Positions 60,701 through 64,000 of a stretch of 64,000 bases of DNA are shown piece after piece. The translations under genes were made by a program, and so were the position numbers. The stretch is from positions 1-64,000 of the IMG/VR virus record IMGVR_UViG_3300021400_000885. One strand, given 5' to 3'. The notes beneath the pieces are model-generated. The model did no database searches, was not told where the DNA came from, and was given only the letters and a program-made list of their open reading frames with translations. Within the stretch, counting starts at the first letter, position 1. Every line of letters begins with the position of its first letter. Origin of the DNA: a virus (Duplodnaviria > Caudoviricetes).

Positions 60701-61957
60701 CTTGGTGAGATTCTCTACTTGCATATCTTTACTACTAAATATGGTGGATTTGTGACTCCTTTCTCCTTTTTTAGGTATTGGACGTATTTGTCCTTCATCA
60801 CCTAAGAAACACACAACAGTCCTTGGATGTTCACTTACATACTTGTCAATGTTTCTCATTATGGTATCAGATACCATAGAGGCCTCATCAACAAAAATAA
60901 GGTTATACATACTGTATTTAGCCTTATTCTCATCAACTGCAAACTTTTCTGGACCACTTAAAGGGTCTGCTCCAGCAAGAGTATATAAAGTTTCTGTCTG
61001 AGCTCCTAAGTCTTGCATTTTTTCAGAAAGAACGTGGACTGCTTTTCTTGAAAGAGCAGCAACACAAAAACTTGGATATACTCTCTGTTTTTCAAGACTT
61101 TGTACAATACTACGTACAATAGTAGTTTTACCAGTTCCTGCCATACCTTGAATAAGCAGGAACTTCTTACCACTTGGAGACTCCCCAGTTCTCATTTTTT
61201 TGGATATGAAAGAAACTGCATTGTCTACAGCAGTTTGTTGTTCTTTGGTAAGAACAATCTTTGACATGTCCTGAGTACTTACTGGAAGGTCTTCTTCTGC
61301 AGAAACAGTTTCTGTCTTTCTTACTTGAGAATGACCAAATTCATTAATATAAACTTCTGATGTTCCATCTTCCAGTCCTTTATAAAGAGCCTGACTTTCT
61401 TTTAGTTTTTGTTGAAACTCTGCAAGGTCATCCTTGTCTTGCTGGGTGGCACGATTCCATTTTATTTTTTCTTGAAGTTTTTCAATAACCCCCTCTTCAA
61501 ACTCAATTTTATTGCGAAGTAAGTCTTTCGCAGACTTAATGTCTTCTTCTGTTACATTTGTTGTAGCCTGACTCGTTTTGCTCTGAATGGGTTTTGCAAT
61601 ATGAATCTCATTCTCTCCAGTATCTTTAGTGACTAAGAACACATTAGGTTCACCAAAAACTCTTTTAAGTTGAGTAAACTGTTCTACACTGCTAAGACTG
61701 GCAACTTCTCCTTCTGGAACAAATATTCCATCATTGGTATACTTATTATAGAAATCTATAATTTCTTGTCTTTGTGTTAAAAATGTTTGGTCTCTATAGT
61801 AAGTCTTTGCTTCATCCTCACTTGGGAAGCCATCTTCAGAACCAGTTTTTGCTCTCCAAAGGTATACAATTCCTGCTGCAGATGGAGCAGTTAACCCAAG
61901 ACTTTTTGCATAGTTCTGAAAAGTCTTACCGTTAATATCAATACAAGATTTTGCCAT
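51770..61957 (-). CDS. Virion RNA polymerase polyprotein with N-terminal SF1B (Dda/RecD-like) helicase and SLOG-like domain
   Basis: GYRIPTE and GSDFDIDK catalytic motifs; GMAGTGKT, DEASM, GDEGQ, HKAQGST, YTALTR; HSGGAAGSD...GGTG...FAGIGTR. Confidence 0.9.
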   Translation of the reverse strand: MAKSCIDINGKTFQNYAKSLGLTAPSAAGIVYLWRAKTGSEDGFPSEDEAKTYYRDQTFLTQRQEIIDFYNKYTNDGIFVPEGEVASLSSVEQFTQLKRVFGEPNVFLVTKDTGENEIHIAKPIQSKTSQATTNVTEEDIKSAKDLLRNKIEFEEGVIEKLQEKIKWNRATQQDKDDLAEFQQKLKESQALYKGLEDGTSEVYINEFGHSQVRKTETVSAEEDLPVSTQDMSKIVLTKEQQTAVDNAVSFISKKMRTGESPSGKKFLLIQGMAGTGKTTIVRSIVQSLEKQRVYPSFCVAALSRKAVHVLSEKMQDLGAQTETLYTLAGADPLSGPEKFAVDENKAKYSMYNLIFVDEASMVSDTIMRNIDKYVSEHPRTVVCFLGDEGQIRPIPKKGERSHKSTIFSSKDMQVENLTKRIRQGENSPILSYADKFWNISTRKTDNSIYSISGETSITKLGALIFETKPFVLSSIMDGFKKAVKEGNPTHVKIVTATNGSVDSWNDDIRRVLFPESPNLICEGDLIIFNEPYKISLNSFDSPIIENSAEGQVTEVSDEYEDDGVKYREISIDLSDGSSVTVRRIDPKDKESLNLHESRVKALHEEAKRIPKSNRIPYRTAWKAYWQEFGKYADISYGYAVTDHKAQGSTYDIVAVDKDNILKAGIWGDIERAEMMYTALTRSRNVSVVVSEQGNNENIGSYTELSETIDNNKSPRKVSKTSQLPILGEFTLHSGGAAGSDTWWGRVGEQYGVSLKHYYHGNPTPAGNVEVSDKEFKEGLPLAYQAAKDMGRKAETVTKYQDLIGRDVTQATRASEIFAIGVLDGTQVKGGTGYAVQIGINLGKPVHVFDQEKNQWYQYDYGTKSFVETETPTLSKDFAGIGTREINDNGLEAIRQVYAKTVQQMKENPISFARPLFLESMPKDASMSSLITRELASQDPGEKPASNTPVKNAYSIEVSENQGNTKKTVTITPLQEKTSQEDKREHIIRLVLSGELDISTRIQIGGESVSDILDTITVLRRMKSDSIFESLDVTTPLSEENLTAEQVDALNKAKIPHADGKYYIPTFTVGFTEYEMSLRNELNNLLGQNKFTQTELREFAKRSVFKVSERISIIQNEQGAVKRLFGNNKDYQSLIYDAEGKEIDYTQMSRIDILNKIGLGTLFDTQIREAIFSPKRTDIKSSVMKNKLAVIYNNFEAFKQLAYDTLINLEEVTLDNPKARVTEQLVIENEDGTNENNVNAETEQELAEVFGSTVEHWQVGFRQVSAFNSLSQLIKNTVSRFYDLNEDGTMKIDSVGMAKTIDTAEAISKILQWTQKATTLEEMVDMLTSHLSTDPWLRQLVGKGDTAYYANGTDNSKLVEGLLVNPEEQQFQSQFFTNFRKYFQSYFVTYLDAKGNVVTKSVNSPSFEVETLENIQSLAQSADYGMLRIWDKDANGLTKDYYRLKEILGTPRQKVKGKPEIAATGLNQIVERLDKGEELTQDLKLRVANAIKEIYEILNIESPEASQLVNIFSNNKQNLTDFVKTLGYLTTRNIEVSANLAKEKGGWFELFGRKGEKINGTEIPNASSNYKAIIKYISPVMASATEAVSYEGGKLYYGYVTPSYLGILVDKLKGRVGKTYLGNPENYQTFMQREYGKYEGWFYNSEDGARGPKGFMNYWLAKLNGSDGERYKGMLEHVTSLTYEGTAYSDKSDPLYYASLLSMYLYDAHKNYSYFRMPTMSNKPSEEYLKFERITENYESTIVNWLTDYTFYQELNRIKAVRDRQNSIPKDQKIDNFDKNGTVFHFLPFLNERMNGKDRFGELLRKVVNGEGLERDSTEAKEFRQLLSQAIKEGLDERFNEYLLDAEKAGFLTLGEKGNPDSGVVSVFQIDKLVTKNGTRKEVLREYFYNDFFATLNILQLTVGDIALYKNAENLQKRLAQLHAPGMRANIQAKDITYKKNVSDGVHRSLIIKDEEVASVALINIKQALSNMLANPKYHEGDNVNAPLTKLGKSLKKKFDSVIKVFSAESNKWTDGQAYSSPTSYRKKMHMYGKWSKQDETAYEKVLKGDFSEEDLNVIWQPLKPFVYSQITRPTGSDAMPLVKTGVQYKNSEFLLVMADALMKSQGVESPLAAIFDAMEESQGAWSEDGERFIPNGKGIDTVQFESCVKTGAKGVISINGMDYNAALSTLRNAIYDASQPDGYNANYVTAIPFDDYTIQQEVPPHFKGEQQIGSQVRIHTIADLVEKENGEDLYVDITTERGGRVTTEHVTVAEAKKRYMAATAENIELSFEELSKELGLDGRFSQSKKFRNIALSRLLKKEILRDGRLGADMLWAVDVNEDGDFNIPLSDPIHSGRLQQLLNSVIKNHINKQEISGGPVVQVSAYGTSEDLNIRFKSENGKLLLSRKEFEQYIRKQKKRSASFSARYVDFKDYVQQVPKGTTEEELKGILDLWYESYVRDNQHSLAYFEAYAPIYDEALMDFADEDGVIDVKAIEKMNPKLLEMIGYRIPTEAKYSIVPIKIVGFLPRNGGEGIMLPADITTLTGSDFDIDKLYIMRYAFRKGRKKSFEDFAKEQALTNADNELSGKELYEEKQRIIGLLKKSKEEVSEEELNDWKEVQDAWNKYKGEVYYTTNMKDKREANNNTILSITQAILTSPQVVDQMFSPGNFDVPKRIGYLIKAADVAFNEGARPNEELGDIADRTEYIASTLEDKSISELKDLAYKKSSLLFANVQVNFHRQNSVAGKLIGVFAQANVSHGFMGLLDNPTFKVKDFGEGEHGDFVLAGHRIGGEVRIDPMYAFDRVTRVSQNLAALLAASVDAVKDPVLNLFNLNMTTVNIAVALIRLGYDIDTIGWLLTTPVIKRMTEQYERDSVDGSTSIESTIAKMKDNILDKYNDITFDAEYDLSVDDLIRVHNWEGDDEAIARMDYQILETVSRINKIANAFRQVTHVTRYNSIAAAVGPFAAHTAVSKIQDINFSTNDSISPSAQSILQNPIIKAFREKAYELESKLIGQNFIQGGEFANNIYRAADAKLGYLNDKTAQKLSDFIMSYVVNIDNPIFDLSDNGEQYHRDMIYETTPDVVTSAKALYPDNKFLKAIRVNKDKHGNKILRVPTRGRDATEIQDLKQGWSKLLEDEAKRLGENAFDVDENLALRLVQYNFVLAGFGFSGKSFMSLVPSSVKQALPNYLQNLDAAAVYNDIHIDRLLEQFMLNNGIANVGVYTQEEFEKLMGVSLNPNGITTFDTLSPTFPNGIVAIKKNEKSSEKKFYKIKGTYLIKVHPLEKLGGLNQGFEIDPSRDVEDMHSMFKVVTPSQSQGEKKEPEKPKKAPVMPRYYKTVNEINESLDILDQIIFADTDNISDRLEIAQRILDKKDDIDNNSAAAKMKKILKDINVSNLSIEQLQEVEKELNLCVN

Positions 61958-61958
61958 G

Positions 61959-63998
61959 TTAACAAGTATATTTATCTAATAATTGTTCTAAATCTTCTTG
62001 AGAGTGTACATTCATATACATTCCTTTTGTATGAGGATTAGCCTCCAATAAAGAAATAACTCTGTCTATAGTAAGGTCTCCATTTTCATCTAATCCAAAT
62101 AATTCAATTACTCTATCTAAGTTAGCATCATTCTCTACAAAGGTACTGAAAAGATTCTCAAAATTCTCTTGTGCGTGCTGGAATCTTAACTCACTTGCAG
62201 ATATTTTTCCCTCTGTAGTCATACCATTAATTGAGTTACCCTTAGAAGCTGGTGTTGTTGGAGTTTGACTGGAATCTTTTTCACCTTCCTCTTGAGGAGT
62301 TAACTGAGGAGTTTCTCCAGCCAGTGCTTCAAGGTCTTTCAGTGCTTGTGTTGACCTTTCTGCATCTTGTTGTTCGAGCAAATAATCTAGAACCTCTTTG
62401 TATTTATCATCTGATGGATTTAATTTCCAGAATCCTGCCTCAGCTGTTTTAGCATATATTCTGAGATTTTCACCAGTTCCAAATACCCAGTATTTTACTT
62501 TTTGTGAACCTGTCGGAAGTTCTATTGCATTATCATTAGTTGCTTGAATTACATCTTCAAGAATTGCTAAAATATTAGGGTCTGTGACAGTATTTCTTCC
62601 AACCATACCATTAGTTGAGAAAGTGCCATCAGACATATATGAATATTTAATTCCCTTTATATAAACAACACCTTGAACTTGATTAACAGCTCTTTGGTTC
62701 TTTCTTTCAACAGTTGGTTCTGGAGAAGTGTTGATTGTACCATCTGTATTAGGTACATACATATATGCTTTAGCATTTACTGCTCCCCAGTTTCTTAAAT
62801 TAACTTGAAGTACATTAGAATTCACATAGTATTCAGGATTATCCGTAAGAGTTTTTGTATTGATAGCAACTCTTGGATTTAATGTACTTACAAGATTAAT
62901 TAATGACTGAAGCTTTTCTTCTGCAGACATTCCTCCATCTAAGAATAAGGCCGAATCGTCCTTAACATCTCCAAATTGTTGGATTCTTATAGAGTTATAA
63001 TTAAGGTTTGTCTGTCCATCAACTTCTTCTCTTGTATCATAGAATATCTGATTACCAGCAACTGAACCAAATACCAACTGGCTTCTTAGAACACCAAATA
63101 AGCCTTCAAGCTGATTAATATCAGTTGGGTCTGTAGAAGCAATACTTCTAAGTGTATTCATAATATCTTGATACACTTGACCATTTTGTTCTGAGAGTTG
63201 GTTAAATGTAAAAGGACTTATAAATTGAGCTATGTATCTTCCATCAGCAACTGGCATCCATACAATTACTTGACCCGGATGATGAAGGTACTCTGTATCA
63301 TAGATTTGGTCTTCAGGATTAACTCTGATGTGTCTATGAGTCACAGTTCCTTCCTCTTCATCACCATAAACAACAGTGAATTTAAGGTCTTTGACCTGAG
63401 CTCCTGTTGGATTATTGTTGTCTAAAACAGCTTTTAAGCTTGTATCATTATCTTCCTCTTCAGAGTTCTTTCTAAGTACAGTTCCTGGAGAAACATCATA
63501 AATATAGTTTGTCCATTCTCCATTTTCTCCTTCATCAAGAATTTCGTAAAGAGCATCTGAGTTCTTATCATTTCTTTGTTTGGAGATTCTGTCACTTATT
63601 GCTTTATGAGCTTTTTCAAGCTTTTTCTGACCTGTAGAATATCCATAATTACCTACAATAAGATACTTACCATCTGGAGTAATATTTCTTTGAATGTTTA
63701 CATCAGATTGAGGAAGAATCTTTTTAACTTCATCATTATACTCAGTTACTAAAAGAATATGAGGTTTTCCTCCTTTGCCATTCTTTTTTCTTACTCCAGT
63801 AGCTAAAATACCATCAGGATAATACATGGCATATTGTACTTTTAATTTGCCATCATTTCCCTTGATATTCATTAGTTTGTGTAGGAAATTATTAACAATA
63901 TAATCTATTCCCTCAGCAAAGGGGAATGAATACCATTGCTGTGAGGAAGGGTTTGTATCTTCAAGTTTTCTCCCAATACCGTCAGCAATTCCTAAGTT
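61959..63998 (-). CDS. Large virion protein, C-terminal part (runs off the window edge)
   Basis: Frame stays open upstream of the track's ATG at 63872 to the window edge (NLGIADG...AEGIDYIVNNFLHKLM). Confidence 0.7.
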   Translation of the reverse strand, partial: NLGIADGIGRKLEDTNPSSQQWYSFPFAEGIDYIVNNFLHKLMNIKGNDGKLKVQYAMYYPDGILATGVRKKNGKGGKPHILLVTEYNDEVKKILPQSDVNIQRNITPDGKYLIVGNYGYSTGQKKLEKAHKAISDRISKQRNDKNSDALYEILDEGENGEWTNYIYDVSPGTVLRKNSEEEDNDTSLKAVLDNNNPTGAQVKDLKFTVVYGDEEEGTVTHRHIRVNPEDQIYDTEYLHHPGQVIVWMPVADGRYIAQFISPFTFNQLSEQNGQVYQDIMNTLRSIASTDPTDINQLEGLFGVLRSQLVFGSVAGNQIFYDTREEVDGQTNLNYNSIRIQQFGDVKDDSALFLDGGMSAEEKLQSLINLVSTLNPRVAINTKTLTDNPEYYVNSNVLQVNLRNWGAVNAKAYMYVPNTDGTINTSPEPTVERKNQRAVNQVQGVVYIKGIKYSYMSDGTFSTNGMVGRNTVTDPNILAILEDVIQATNDNAIELPTGSQKVKYWVFGTGENLRIYAKTAEAGFWKLNPSDDKYKEVLDYLLEQQDAERSTQALKDLEALAGETPQLTPQEEGEKDSSQTPTTPASKGNSINGMTTEGKISASELRFQHAQENFENLFSTFVENDANLDRVIELFGLDENGDLTIDRVISLLEANPHTKGMYMNVHSQEDLEQLLDKYTC

Positions 63999-64000
63999 TC

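Noticed and set aside
63872-64000. Possible start or frameshift at the 5' end of the last ORF
   Set aside because: The frame is open to the window edge; the gene is simply truncated by the window

Overview
Positions ~1255-64000 are a large part of a crAss-like (Crassvirales) phage genome read in standard code 11. Its host is probably a rumen Bacteroidales/Prevotella, given TAnnTTTG promoters and AT-rich leaders without Shine-Dalgarno sites. Left arm (minus strand): RepL-like regulator, virion-type lysozyme, IHF/HU-like and GroES-like genes, terminase, portal, holin and M15 endolysin. Middle (plus strand): an RNA-rich early region, many small accessory genes, then the replication module (SF2 helicase, DnaB, AAA, SSB-like, primase, UDG, nucleases, dUTPase, PolA, ThyX). 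The early region holds 3 candidate large structured RNAs, 6 tRNAs, an orphan group I intron core and about 12 candidate antisense small RNAs. Right arm (minus strand): giant virion proteins, including a 3395-aa virion RNA polymerase fused to an SF1B helicase and a SLOG domain. Positions 1-~1255 are unrelated: a CCCCAAT-telomere-capped, AT-rich single-gene fragment resembling a rumen ciliate nanochromosome, joined at a poly-G run (probably an assembly chimera). The two strongest candidates for a new system are: (1) a family of phage small RNAs, several interleaved with tRNAs, that each display the reverse complement of a translation start (CAT plus a U-rich anti-leader); and (2) a complete Ubl-E2-JAB-E1 ubiquitin-like conjugation operon inside the replication module. 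All calls are from motif reading by eye; no searches were run.
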